A program made the translations under genes and the position numbers. Below are positions 1-13,012 of a stretch of DNA of 64,000 nt, piece by piece. The notes under the pieces were generated by a model that worked only from the letters and a program-made list of their open reading frames with translations, was not told where the DNA came from and did no database searches. This DNA is from Eledone cirrhosa (lineage: Eukaryota): positions 33,294,001 through 33,358,000 of the forward strand of contig OZ024743.1 in the NCBI GenBank assembly GCA_964016885.1, read 5' to 3'. Positions within the stretch are counted from its first letter, which is position 1. Each line of letters starts with the position of its first letter.

Positions 1-641
1 GATTCTCTGAAATGCTTGGCTGAGTCCCCAGAAGTAATAATACTCCTATGAAATTGTTTACTATCATCGCCGCCACCACCACCTCCTCTTTCTTCTTCTT
101 CTTCTTCTTCTTCTTCTTCTTCTCCTCTACCACCACCGTCATCATCATCATGTGATATTTTGAACTAGTATGAATAAGGTAAATTTAGGTGAAAATGTGA
201 AAATGCAAGTTAGGTGTGTTTATTGTGGCACTAATTCTATTCCTCTTATGATAAATTGATTTTATTTTGGATTAGTTACTTTCTCATAAAAAACAGATAT
301 TTTCTCAGCAAGAGCAGTTTATTTAATATTTTTTTCTAAGTTGATTAACAATCTTTATGTATTTCAAAAGTAATATTTCACCTATATTTTAAACCTACAT
401 ACCAAACATTGAAATCACTTTATGATAAATCTATACTATCTGTTATATTGTATCAATTTTAGTTAATATATCCATTATGATGATAAAAAATATTTATTAG
501 CATCATCTTAACTCTTTCTTTAACATATTTTTCATAAACAAATCACCTTTTAACATTCAAATAATTTTGAAGATAATAAAAAATTTGATGGATTATATAA
601 TTAATTTTCTCATTAAACTATTTTTTTAAAGCATGATTTAA

Positions 642-849
642 CCCTTTAGCATTTACATTTCTCTATATTTACTATTGTACTTTCATGGTAAAGGCTTTAT
701 CTCACATAATATCGAATCTATGAGATTTTGATATCATTTATTTTGAGAACAATACCTGAACATCAGTATGAGTAGCCAGTTACGACCAGTTTGAACAGAA
801 AAGGTTGAGAGAATTCTGGCCGGATACGGCCAGTTTAAATGCTACAGGG
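642..849. mobile_element. piggyBac-type MITE
   Basis: TTAA TSDs (638-641, 850-853); TIRs CCCTTTAGCATTTA / TAAATGCTACAGGG. Confidence 0.85.
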
Positions 850-984
850 TTAACAAAGGTTCTTACATAAAATTATGATGGAAGTTTCTTTAGATGAATA
901 TAACCACATTAAAGTAAATTGCTTTGTATTTAAAAAAAGGGGCAGTTTGCTGGCAAAATGGTTCATCATCATTATTGGATGTGA

Positions 985-1161
985 ATTGGCAGTATTGGTA
1001 GAGGGTTGGACATGCTTTCCAGCATAGTTACCACCCTTTACGATCTGAGTTCAAATCCTGCCGAGGTTAACTTTGCCTTTCATCCTTACGGATCAATCAA
1101 ATAAAGTACCAGTAATGTACTGGGTAATTGCTGGCCTTGTGCCAAAAGTAGAAACAATTAT
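985..1161 (+). mobile_element. Same SINE family
   Basis: A/B boxes, core and GAAACAATTA end. Confidence 0.85.
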
Positions 1162-1324
1162 TGGATTGTCCAACTCATATTAGTCTTCTATTGTTTTCTT
1201 CTGTGTAAATTTACAAACTTAGGTTAACTCCCCAACTTTTACACTTCTTTGGTCTGTATATTTTTCAGGGTTTAATTAACAACTTTTGATATATTTCAAT
1301 GTCTAATATATAATTATGTCTCAA

Positions 1325-1717
1325 CATACAGAAGACCCAACTTCACATGGGCACAGGCCAAATCTGAAGCATATATACAGTATGCACCACCCCACCCTCC
1401 CATACATTTCCCATGAGGACAGGCTGAAGTATACATCCAGTTCAGCTGCCAGCCCACACTGTAAAGTGTTTGTGTAGGTGTCATGACAGAAAGCATCCAA
1501 TCCACACAGTTAAGTGGTTGTGTATGTTTCACAACAAAAAGCACCCAGCACTCACTATAAATGAGGTTGCCATTAGGAAGGGCATCCAGCTATAGAAACC
1601 AAGCCAAAATCAGTTCTGTATGAGCAAGACATGGTCACCTGACCTAACATTGCCCACAACAGAACAACTCGTCTAACCCATGCTAGCATGGAAAAATGGT
1701 GATGGTGATGATGATGA
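1325..1717 (+). mobile_element. RTE 3' end fragment
   Basis: Colinear with 24490-24829, including GGAAGGGCATCCAGCT and the GAT tail. Confidence 0.8.
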
Positions 1718-1918
1718 ACTGCCCACATTGTAGTATTTTTTCCTTTTTACTGATTTCACTCAGAAAACTGCAGCCATGCTGAGGCACCACCTTGATTTAG
1801 TTGAGCATATCGATCCAAGTACATTTTTTTCATGTCTCGTACTTATTATATCGATTTATTTTTTCCTCAACTAATAAGTTACAGGACTGATACAAATGTA
1901 AACAGACACAAACACAAG

Positions 1919-1968
<50 letters not shown>

Positions 1969-2314
1969 GGGAAAAGCGGACGTAAAATGATGATGATATG
2001 TGTGTGCGCGTGTGTGCATGTGAATGCATGTGTGTATATATATATATGTATGTATATATATATAGAGAGAGAGAGAGAGATAAATATGTATGTATATATG
2101 TATATATATCATCATCATTTAATGCCCATTTTCCACACAAGCATGGGTTAGACAAGGTGTCCCGTTGTGAGACAGACTAGATTGGATAACCATATCTTGC
2201 TCATACAGAACTGATTTGGGCTTGTTTCTATGGTTAGATGCCCTTCCTAACAGCAACCATATTTACAGTGTGTACTCGGTGCTTTCTATGTACATATATA
2301 TGTGTGTATATGTA

Positions 2315-2386
<72 letters not shown>

Positions 2387-2454
2387 TATATGTGTGTGTG
2401 TGTAAAAGTTAAACAGAAATATAACAAAGTAAATGACACAGTACATTGAAGAAA

Positions 2455-2560
2455 TATATTAGTTTAATGTTTGAAATAGCAGGAAAAGCATATTAACATC
2501 TTGGACACTTGTCCTTCATCAGAAGATAGAGTTAGAAATAGAAGACAAAGTAAAAAGATA
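2455..2560 (-). repeat. Decayed family A hammerhead-bearing repeat
   Basis: Minus strand CTGATGAAGGAC-aagt-GTCC-AAGA (core 2522-2516), followed by GCTATTTCAAACATTAAACTAAT as at 26081-26103. Confidence 0.6.
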
Positions 2561-2954
2561 AAGAGTGAGAAGAGGAAGTGCATATTCAGTCAGCTAACAG
2601 ATGAATATATGTCGTATTTGTATTGGTTTTGCAAATATTTTATGTGAAAACATACATTGAAATAAACATTGTTATACTTTGGGAGGGTCATGTTGCCAAT
2701 AAAGAAGATGCGCACCTGTTGAGTTTCACTTCAATTTATTATTATAATTTCCCATTAGTTTAATAACTGGATGGTTGTTTAATTGATTGTCAAAGCTCTT
2801 TTGTCACACATTCTTTGACCTCTTCAGGACTACCTTTGTGTTTGTATATTGTTATATTTGGTGATGGGCATGTTGCTAACATTACCAACAAAAACACATG
2901 CACTATTTGATTTTTTTCACTTCAGCTTTGTTATTAGTTCATCAAACTTCTGTG

Positions 2955-2994
<40 letters not shown>

Positions 2995-2997
<3 letters not shown>

Positions 2998-3130
2998 ATG
3001 TAGTTGACGGGTGAGAAAAAATACTCAATACTGAAGTAGAGTTTTAATATTCATTTTATTATGGCTATATAGTGAGTCTTGTTACTCAGGAGTTTTGCCT
3101 GTTTATCACAGGGTCATCAGTCAAGAACTA
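2995..3130 (-). repeat. Family C hammerhead-bearing repeat (GAAA mutated to AAAA)
   Basis: TCTTGA-CTGATGA-C-CCTG-tgataaa-CAGG-C-AAAA-CTC-ct-GAG-TA-ACAAGA on the minus strand; the flank matches 20330-20430. Confidence 0.6.
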
Positions 3131-6100
3131 ATGTTTCAATATTAGACACAGTATAAATAATGGAAGACTCGAAGTGTGTGTGTGTGGGGGGGGGGGGGGG
3201 GGGTAATCACAAGCCATTTATCTATCCCTATTATTTTTTAAAGACTCCATGTGGACCCCTGTCAAAGGCCTCAGATCAATGGAAGCTAAATATAATGGTA
3301 TAGTCTCAGCTAGGAATGTCCCTTACTAAGAAGAAAACATTGGTTGTACTTTGTCCTGTCACAAATCAAAACTGTATCTCATCTAATTTGATTCTTTTCC
3401 TAATCAATCGTTCTAAACTACATTGATGCAAGCTTTAAAGCTATTTTTATTTCTTCTGAATTCTTTTTCTGTCATAGATTCCTTTATACTCCTGCAAGCA
3501 TTTTCTCTTTTGTTTTTGAAAATTATATTATCTCTGCCTGTCCCTCATTCCCTTAACCCACAATTCAGCTTCTCATATATCATTTTAATACAGTATTGAC
3601 TGTTTTTGCTCATCACAGACCACTCACATTATTTTTCACTTATTTTCAAATAATGATTACTGTCCATGTTTCTTTCTTTCTGTCACTAGTCCCTTATAAT
3701 GATAAATTTAATGATAGTAAAGATAACCACATTCATTTTCTACATTCTTTCTGAATCTCTCATATATAAATAAATATCCTCCAGATGGTATTTGGCAACA
3801 TTGTCAGAACAATTTATCTGTTTGTTTTTCTCCACTGAGAAAGCCTGACAACAGCTGAAAATGTGAACTGATTCCATATCTAATTATTTGAATTACTACT
3901 TCTCTAAATTATTTACCACATATCTGTTTTGTAATTTCATTGCATTCATCTATTCTTTTACTTTGTTAATGGTTTCATTCTTTAGACTGTGACCATGCTG
4001 GAGGACCACATTTTTTAGTCAGTCATATTGACCTCAGTACTTATTTTTCAAGTCTGGTACTTAATTTATTGATCTATCTTTTGTTGAACCTCAAAGTTAC
4101 ATTAATTTGTCTTATATTTTTTTTTATTATTCAAATTTATCAAATATATATAAGTCTAAATATAATCTTATTTTCTTAAAAATGTTATATTAGTGTATTT
4201 AATGATATTTAACAATAAATTTGTCCTCCTTTGAGATATGAGTGCCTTAGTACAATGCAATATTATAATGATCTTGGTACTGTAATGTATGAACTTAAAA
4301 GTATTGGAACCACAGATTGATGTCTTTCAATGGAGACTTCAAATTTATTTCAAACAGCCTTTGATTGAATATTAAATTAACTTGACCGAAAAGTTCATTA
4401 ATATAACTGAATCCCCACCTCATGCACACACACACATGTACACATTTAATTGGGGTACAATCACAGCACAGTTGAGATTAAATTTATAAACAGTGGTAGG
4501 CATATTTAATAAAGATATATTTAACCTTGCCATGATAATAGATCCTGTACTTAAACTACAAGATTCTCAATAGTTAGAACAGAACAAATGTCAACAAATT
4601 TTGACTCTTGTTAAAGCTTCACCAGGATTTGCTCACTTAATTCCGACTACCAAGAGAATATTGTGATCCTACTTTTGGAAAATATGAGCCAGATCAGGGC
4701 AAACCTGACCATATTTACATATCAATAGAAAGTTGGCTGTGTATGTTAATCAATTGGGTGACAACTTAGCTTGTTTGAGATTGAATTTGTAAATAGAGTT
4801 AATATATTACATTTAATAAACATATATTTAGTCTTGCTGTGAAATAGACCTCTATATGAAATTATCATCAGGTCTGCTCTGATTGTATTTTCTAAAGTGA
4901 TCAAGTGACAATGTCTCAAACATATAGTAAGGAAACATTTAATTATTATTACTATACTGAGAGGTGCTAACTAATGATTTCTAGCATAGGCACAAGACCT
5001 CACATTTTTTAGGTGGCTCTAGTCAATTAAATCAACCCCTAGTATATTGAAAGAAAATTGAAGCTAACCTCAACAGTGTTTGAAAACACAAGCATTATAT
5101 TATAAAACAATCAACCTATCATTCAAATTTGAAAGAATATGAATTATGATTTTAGCAGAAGAAATACCTAAAGATTTTGATTTATTCCTCATAAATAAAA
5201 AGTAACAGATTTGTTTTCTTACTTTGCCTATCTTAACTGTTTCATTACTGTATTTTTAATGAAATACCTTGTTCCAATTATTTTGAAAATAATTTGGAGG
5301 AATTTAATAAAATAACTAAGTGTTTAATTATCAAGCTGATATTTAGAACATTACTTAAGAAAATGTTCTAAAATAAAATTAGCATTAAAGGTTTTAATAT
5401 GAAGATAGACATTTTAAAATGAGCAAATTGTATGATAAATCCAGGGCAGTTTCAGGCAGTTTCATATCAAAAGCATTAAAGTGAATTATTGGAATAATTT
5501 CTTCATAATGTCTATGACTGCTCAAAAAATTAATGTTGCTGCTACTAGCCGAAAAATTAAACTGTTCTAAATATGTCAACACATTACTACTCTTACTCGT
5601 TTGTTACCAAATTACCTAGATTTGTCCCTGGTTCGATAAAAAAAAATACAGCTTGTTTTAAAATGCTAATGTTTAACTAAAACCAGCCATCATAATTTAT
5701 GTCAGAACCTTTGTTAAAGTTATGTTCCAAACACTAGCTTAATGATATGAAAGTTAGTTAAATTATTAAATCTGCCAACTTCTTAAAACTTATTTGGTTG
5801 TAAACAGGTTACATTTAATAACAAAACCCTTAGTATATATTTTCAAGACTCCTGGACTATCAAGAAAAAAAATTGGCATTATAAACCATTAAATAAATAC
5901 TAAACTTAACTTAACTTTACTGTCTTATGATACCTGAAAACTAGCAAATAAGTGGTTTGAAAAGTATCTATATTAACAGTTATTGATACAGCATGGCCAA
6001 ATAGTTATGGAGTTTAATGCTTATTTGTGTTGTTCAGGATATGATCCCACTGCATGGCATCTTGGGCAAGGATCTTTTACCAGAGCCTCAAATCAAGCCA

Positions 6101-6997
6101 ATATTTGTATGTGAAATTGGGTAGACAGAAACTGTTTGGAAGCCTATAGTATAGACTGTGCCTGTAATTCAAAGATCCAGTCACAAATTATACCATATTA
6201 ATGGTGCATATGTTTGTGGTATACTTAGCTAATTACATGCTAATTTAATGAGTAGGCCATTCTGTTGATCAAACAAGTAGAACACTCATAACTGGAACTG
6301 ATGGTGGTTCATTTACTTTGTTGACATAGATACATAATTTCTAGGGAACAGATACATTCAGAATAATTGATTTCCTTACCCACATTTGTCACTTCTGCTC
6401 AAGTCTTTCTCAGCCTACTGCTATACATCTTCCACTTGTATCTCCTAGCACACTTTTATGTAATGATAATCATTCATTCACATCTCACAAGCATACTCGA
6501 TTCATTTCTTTCTACTTTTCATACATCCTCTGCATTTAATGTCCATATCTTGCTACCATGCAACGTTGCACTTCATACACAGGTATTATGCAATCTACCC
6601 TTTACTCAGAGAAGTAATCCCTTCATTGTCATCAGAGGTAATAGCTCAATGACATATTTCCTCTCGTTTTTCTTTCTTTGTTCTGGCTATATATTTTCAT
6701 ATATTCACTTTTTCTCATCAAACTTTTTACTTTCTTTCAGCCATCTTTTTATATCTTTTATAACTAATGTTCCAGTAGATATTTTAGACTATGAATATCA
6801 TATTTGTGATTCTCTTCTTAATTTTCCTCACACCATCTCTTGGATACAACCATTTATCTTTTGCTTTTAAGTGCTTTTGTCTTTCTTCTTAATCAGTTTT
6901 ATACCATACCAAACTATATTCACTTTTAAATTAAGAATGCAGAATTTTAAATCGTATTTTTGACAATCAAATAAAATACTAATCTTTCTATGTCTGA

Positions 6998-7175
6998 CTA
7001 TCAATTTATCTATCTATATATCTATCTATCTCTATATCTCTATCTCTATCTATCTATATGTCTATTTAGATATCTATCTATATATCTTTATCTATCTATC
7101 TATTTATATATCTATCTATCTAACTATTTATATATCTATCTATATATCCATCTATTTATATATCTATCTATCCAA
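6998..7175. repeat. Degenerate (TATC)n microsatellite
   Basis: Direct reading. Confidence 0.9.
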
Positions 7176-7419
7176 CTGTAATTAACTATTGATCTATGTC
7201 TATCTAATTTTAGATATTTATAAATTTGGTTTCAGACAATTGGTGAGTTAATTGGCAGAGTTTATTAGGGCATTGGATTAAATGACTCTGTATTTATATC
7301 TGCTCACTCTGTTCTATTTCAAATCCTGCCATGGTCAACTTTGTTTTCCATCCTGTTGGGGTCAACAAATAAGTACCAATCCAAGGTCAATGGATTGGTA
7401 GAATTATTAAACAGTCCAT

Positions 7420-8522
7420 AGTATCGGAGCTGTGATTTCTCAATTCAGAAAAGTAGCAGCTCTACCTTGAGCAACTCTCTGATCTCTGAGCTACACACTC
7501 TATTGAGTAATGTTAATCCAAAGACCTTTCAGAGGAACCCCATTTCAGCTGCTTGTATTCATGATCGTATTCTTTTGATCATCACCAAAGATTCATGACC
7601 ATAGGTAAAGATTGGCATGAATAATGAATTGAAGATAGTGAGGGTGATAATCCTAATTTTCAAAAAGGGAAACAAGAGAGATTGCTCCAATCATAGAGGG
7701 ATATCCTTGTTAAGCCTCCTTGGTAAAGTCTATGCTAAGTGTCTGGCAAAAAGAAATGTAAGGAGATTGTCAAGTCAAAGCACAGCCAACCAAATATTCA
7801 CACTGCAGCATTGAGAAATCGTAGGAGTACTACCAAGAAGTGAATGCTTGCTTCATAGACCTCATAAAGGCATATGACCATGTTCCATCAGACATGCTAT
7901 TGAAGGTTCTGCAGGAGTATGGAATTGATGGACAACTTCTTGTTGCCTAGATATCTCTATATGAATACCTTAATATTTGTTCAGATAAATGGTGCTAAAT
8001 TGAAACCATTCAATGTGGGAGTCAGACTCCACTAAGGGTGCATACTGTCACCTCACCTATTCATAATGTTCATGAACTGGATTGACGTATGGTATCACAT
8101 GGTATCACTGAATTGACATGTGGTATCACATGATTAGAAATGGTATCATGACTGGCAACTGTAGGATCAGTCGGCTGGAATTTGTAAATGGCATGGTATT
8201 AATTAACTCGTCAGAAGGTGACCTCCGACATGCACTTGATAAGTTTGATGCTGAGTGCTGCATGGCTGGAATGGAAATTAAGACTGTGACGACTAAGGCA
8301 CTCAACCTCTCAAGGAAGCCTGTGTAGTCCATCTAAATATGAGTGGAGTTCCACTGAAGCAGGTGGAGAAGTTCAAATATTTCAGGGCCATGTTCAGAAG
8401 TGATGGAAGGCACAAGGCTGAATTAAATGCAAGAATTGCAGGAGCTGGTGCTGTAATGTGCTAGCTTCAGCATTTGGTAATCAAAAAAAGGGAGATAGAT
8501 GTAATAGCCAAACTCACTAATT
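7420..8522. mobile_element. Old RTE-clade LINE fragment with an internal inversion
   Basis: Plus strand 7616-8522: FKKGNKRDCSNHRGISLLS, FIDLIKAYD, GCILSPHLF, QVEKFKY, AKLT. Minus strand 7615-7420 continues: PIFTYGHES..IQAAEMGFL..SQLRYYG. Confidence 0.8.
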
Positions 8523-9664
8523 TTGGAGATAAAATACAAAATCAAGGTATTGTAAAGACATGGTTTTGCTTCTCTTGGTAGCTTAAAAAAACAGTTATTC
8601 AGTACAAGACAGGTTGGTTATAAGAATCTCCAGCCAGCTTTTCTTTACAAAGCTATGTTTCTCGTCTTGTAGATTTACATCATATAGATATTTGTGAGAG
8701 AAATTGATTGATCTGCAAGTATGAACTCTTTAAATAGATAAAACTTAACTATCTTATTACTAGAATTGTAACCAATATAAAATAGTCTCAAGATAATTTT
8801 TTTTTCAATTTTTCTTCTATTATATTAGAAATATTTGTATCTTTATCTTATTGTTTCATTGAGTAAATATCTATTTTTACTATCCGAATTCCAAACAAAG
8901 AAAATTTATAGGAAATAATTTTTACATTATTTTTATTTCTCTATGTGACTTGCCAAACAGAGACAATTCTCGATTTTAGCATATTTATTATTCTGAAATG
9001 CACTGTTAGGTTTGGTTTCCTGTTGACTTGAAATTTATCTCACACTTCAGTAATTTTTTCTACACACACAATTTTATTTTACTGAAGTACAGTAAGAGAA
9101 TATAGCAAGGCTTGTACTCTCTCATGTATATTGTAGTTCCCAATCTTAATTATGCAAAACAAAAGCACCAAAACATAGTATTTTTTCTTGGTAGGTCTGG
9201 AGAAAGGGGCATGTTCTGTGTAAATTGCTGCAGGTCCTTGCCTTTAGAAAAGACATGAGCAAGGAGGAATTTCCAGAGGGCTGATGTTCTATGTAGGAAG
9301 GACTGAGTATAGTAGTTATTTGAATGTTAGTCAAGATCAGACTTGTTCATTATTCTAGTATTTATATAGTACATATCAGTAAGATGTTATTATATGACCA
9401 TTTCGGTTACTATCGTAGTCATTTAGTTTTATTTTGGAACACTTCTTGTCAAAACTGATGGAAAGCAGAAAAAATATAAATTTATTCTATCGATATAGAT
9501 TTCTGTGTACCACAAGATCTTAAAAGGAAAGTCCTTATTATCATCATTATCTTCTCCATTTTCTGTACTAGCATGAGCTTCATGATTGCAGTATCACCAC
9601 TCTTTTTGACCTTTTGTTTTATTATATATAAAGCCCAACATCCTGAAATTGTATTATTGGTGGT

Positions 9665-9883
9665 AGTTCAGCAGTATTGTTAGTGGTGGACAACATGATT
9701 TGCAGTATAGAGTTACGGCCCTTTACATTCTGTGTTCAAATCTTGCTAAGGTTAGCTTTGCCTTTCATGTTTATGGGGGTTAATAAAATAAAGTACCAAT
9801 AATGCACTGGGGTCGGTCGATTTAATCGACTTTCCCCCTTCCCTTCACATTACTGGCCTTGTGCCAAATATAAAAATAATTAT
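9665..9883 (+). mobile_element. Longer SINE subfamily (similar copy at 10610-10825)
   Basis: Same core plus an extra GGGGTCGATTTAATCGAC..CCC segment before GGCCTTGTGCC. Confidence 0.75.
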
Positions 9884-11037
9884 TTCAGTCACTACCATAG
9901 TTATTTGGTTTAATTTTTTTAATTTTTTTTATTTGTTACAATTTCTTGCCTGGACTTCATTGGTGATTAATTTGATGATAGCATATTACACAGGCAACAT
10001 ATGAAATTTATTTATTTGAGTTTATTGATATTAGTAAGCAAGAATAATTTATGTTTTTTGGCATATTGATAACAATTTCCCATTTTCTCCTACCTATTCA
10101 TTCAAAATTGTTTTGTGTCTATATTTAAATATCTAAACATCATTTAAATATCTATAACTATAATCTGAAAAAAGAACCTTGTATATATTTCAAATAACTA
10201 TCATTACAATTGCCATTCAACAATATGCTTAGTAGTTGTTTGTAGAATTCAAAAATCTACTGATGAAACATTGCATTATAATTCAGTTAGCTTTTCTTAT
10301 GTGTTTACAAGTTATCAATAGATACTCTTTACTGCATGTGAACAAGGCACAATATTAGCTCTCACATATTAGTTTACCACTTATCTAATAAGCTGTGTAG
10401 AATATTATTTTATCCTGTAAATCCAAGTAACCTAATATTATACTTGTGATATGCAACCAAACAGCTGGATCAATATACATTGTTTTAACTTTAATTTGTG
10501 TTGTTCATAGGCCTTTGTTTTCTTCAGTAGAGTGTAGAACTTTTTCTTTGGCAGGTGCAATGATTAGATGGAGTTAGTTTTGTCAGCATCATTGTGAATA
10601 ACAAGAATGGGCAGTAGATTGGCAGTATTGGTAGAGTGTCAAATACCATGCATAGGGTTATGGTCCTTTATGTTCTGAGTTCAAATCCCACCAACGTCAT
10701 TGTCTTGGCCTTTCAGCCTTATGGGGTCAATAAAATAAAGTGCTAGTAATGCACTGGGATCGATTTAATTGACTTCTCCTTCTCCCCAAATTCCTGGCTT
10801 TGTGCCTATAGTAGAAATCATTATTGTGAATAACAATTGATGGAATAAGTAGAGTGCTAGAAAAAATGACGTGCTATTTAATAACATGGTATGTTCTGAG
10901 TTCATATTGCTGGATTGATAAAATAAGTACCAGTAACGTAGTGGTGTCAGTTTTAACTGACTCTGCTCTGCTGCAAACATTTGAGGTCTTGATTTAGCAT
11001 TAAACAATTTTATATAGGTTGAAAAATTGCTCTAAGG

Positions 11038-11205
11038 CAGTGGTTCCCAAAGTGGGTTCTGCAAAGAAGTGCCTGGGATTCCATGAAAAAAAGGTAAAGG
11101 AGTATATTTATATTATGACCATATAACAATATTAGACGTTGGGGTTCACCCAAAGGTTTTTGAACCAAAAAGGGTTCCGTGCTTGAAAAAGTTTGGGAAA
11201 CCCTG
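11038..11205. mobile_element. hAT (Charlie-like) MITE
   Basis: TIRs CAGTGGTTCCCAAA / TTTGGGAAACCCTG; 8-bp TSD CTCTAAGG (11030-11037, 11206-11213). Confidence 0.9.
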
Positions 11206-12791
11206 CTCTAAGGATTAATTTACACTCCAGCTTCATAATAAAATGTTTAGATTACTAATATGATGTATTTCTTCCTTAATTTATGTTCTTCAAGGTTTGA
11301 AATTTACAAAAGTTATTATTTTTATTTCAATTTTAAAGACAATTGATACTATGCTCTTCGTTGAAAAAAGTATTTTTTTAAATATTTACTGAAGATTATC
11401 TATTTTTTTAATGTGGAGTTGTGAATGACTGGTTATGATATTTACTCTTGGAGCAGTAATGAAAAGGCACTGATAGAATTTACTGTGTCAGTTGGCAAAC
11501 TAGCAAACTAGTAGGTGATTGGAAGCTGGCATTTTTTAATTTTCTGTTTGTTGTTTCTTTCATATTCAAAATTAGTATTGAAAATTTCTTAGAATACAAT
11601 TATTTTAATTTTAATATGTTTGCATAAATATTTTTATCCTGTTTTATAATAATCTTGTTTGTGTAGACACTTGAGTCACACCAAATTGAATAGAATTTCT
11701 TTAGCCCCGCTTCAGTACTGACTTGGTCTATGTAGATCCGTCCAACCCTTGCTAGCAGGGAAAGTGGACGTTAAAACGATGATGAGGATAATGATGTTTA
11801 ATAAAGATCTATGGTAATTTCTAGTTGAATATTTTTGCCAATTTTTGACAATAGTTGACTTTCATACATAAAATTAATATCGATCTGTCTATTTAAAACT
11901 TGCATGTAGAAAAGTGATATTCAGCAGGCACTTACATCATGCATTTATGATTAACTGAATACTCTGAAATGGATTAAATTTTGCTGGTAGCCACAGAAAC
12001 ATTTATATATAAAGAGTAAGTGACTTGAAAGTTGATATAGTTGTAATGACTGTCTCTTGGCACTCAGCCCGTTATTTAGAAGAATGTTATCTTTGGCCCC
12101 AAGCCAGTGATGCTTCTAGCATTTTACTCTTAACTTTGAAGGAAAAGTTTCTTCTAAATGATCAGACTTTTATATCAGCAATCATCATATCTATTTGAGA
12201 ACCAGTAGTTGTATCTCATGACCTATTTTAAAATTATTTGTATTTGTAAATTAAAAAGGTGAATAAGAAAATAGCAAAGTCATTGAATATAGATTTAATA
12301 TGTGAAGAATATAAAGGAAAGAAATTGGTTTCTAAATTATATTTTCTTTCAAACTGATTTAATCTTTAATATTAATAAACTTTTTAATGATTCGATCAAA
12401 TTTTGATAATCCTTTAGCTCTATAGGGTATTGAGTCATGAATATGGCAAATAGAAATATGATAAATCCTTTTCTATTGGTCTATTCGTAATTCAAAAGTA
12501 ACCAACTTAGTATCAAGTAATAAACCTTATTAAATCTACTTTGACAATTCAAATTGATACTGGCTACACCATAGAATAATAATAGCTTACCAAACAAACA
12601 TGAATTTCTCTTTTAAGAATAAACTTGCATCTATAACAAGCTCAATATGCAGTTAAACTCTTAAAAGATTAAATGTTTTCAGCCTATACATTTAAAGTGT
12701 TTCAGCCTATACATCTATGGTAATTTCTAGTGTGGGATTACTAACCATAAGTTTAAACATTCTTATACCACTTGGAGAATATATGCTTTAT

Positions 12792-13012
12792 CCCTTTAAC
12801 ATTTAAACCAGACGTATCCAGCCAGAATTCTCTCACCTCTTTCTGTTCAAACTGGCTGTAGCTGGATGCTCATACTGATGTTAAGGTATTGTTCTCAAAA
12901 TAAATAATATCAAAATCTCATAGATTCAATATTATGTGAGATAATTATGTAAGGTAAAGCCTTTACCATGAAAATAGAATAGTAAATATGGAGCAATGTA
13001 AATGCTAAAGGA
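12792..13012. mobile_element. Same piggyBac-type MITE, opposite orientation
   Basis: Reverse-complement match to 642-849. Confidence 0.8.

Noticed and set aside
6367-6870. 167-aa hydrophobic ORF
   Set aside because: AT-rich with no recognisable motif; probably the antisense of decayed repeat sequence.
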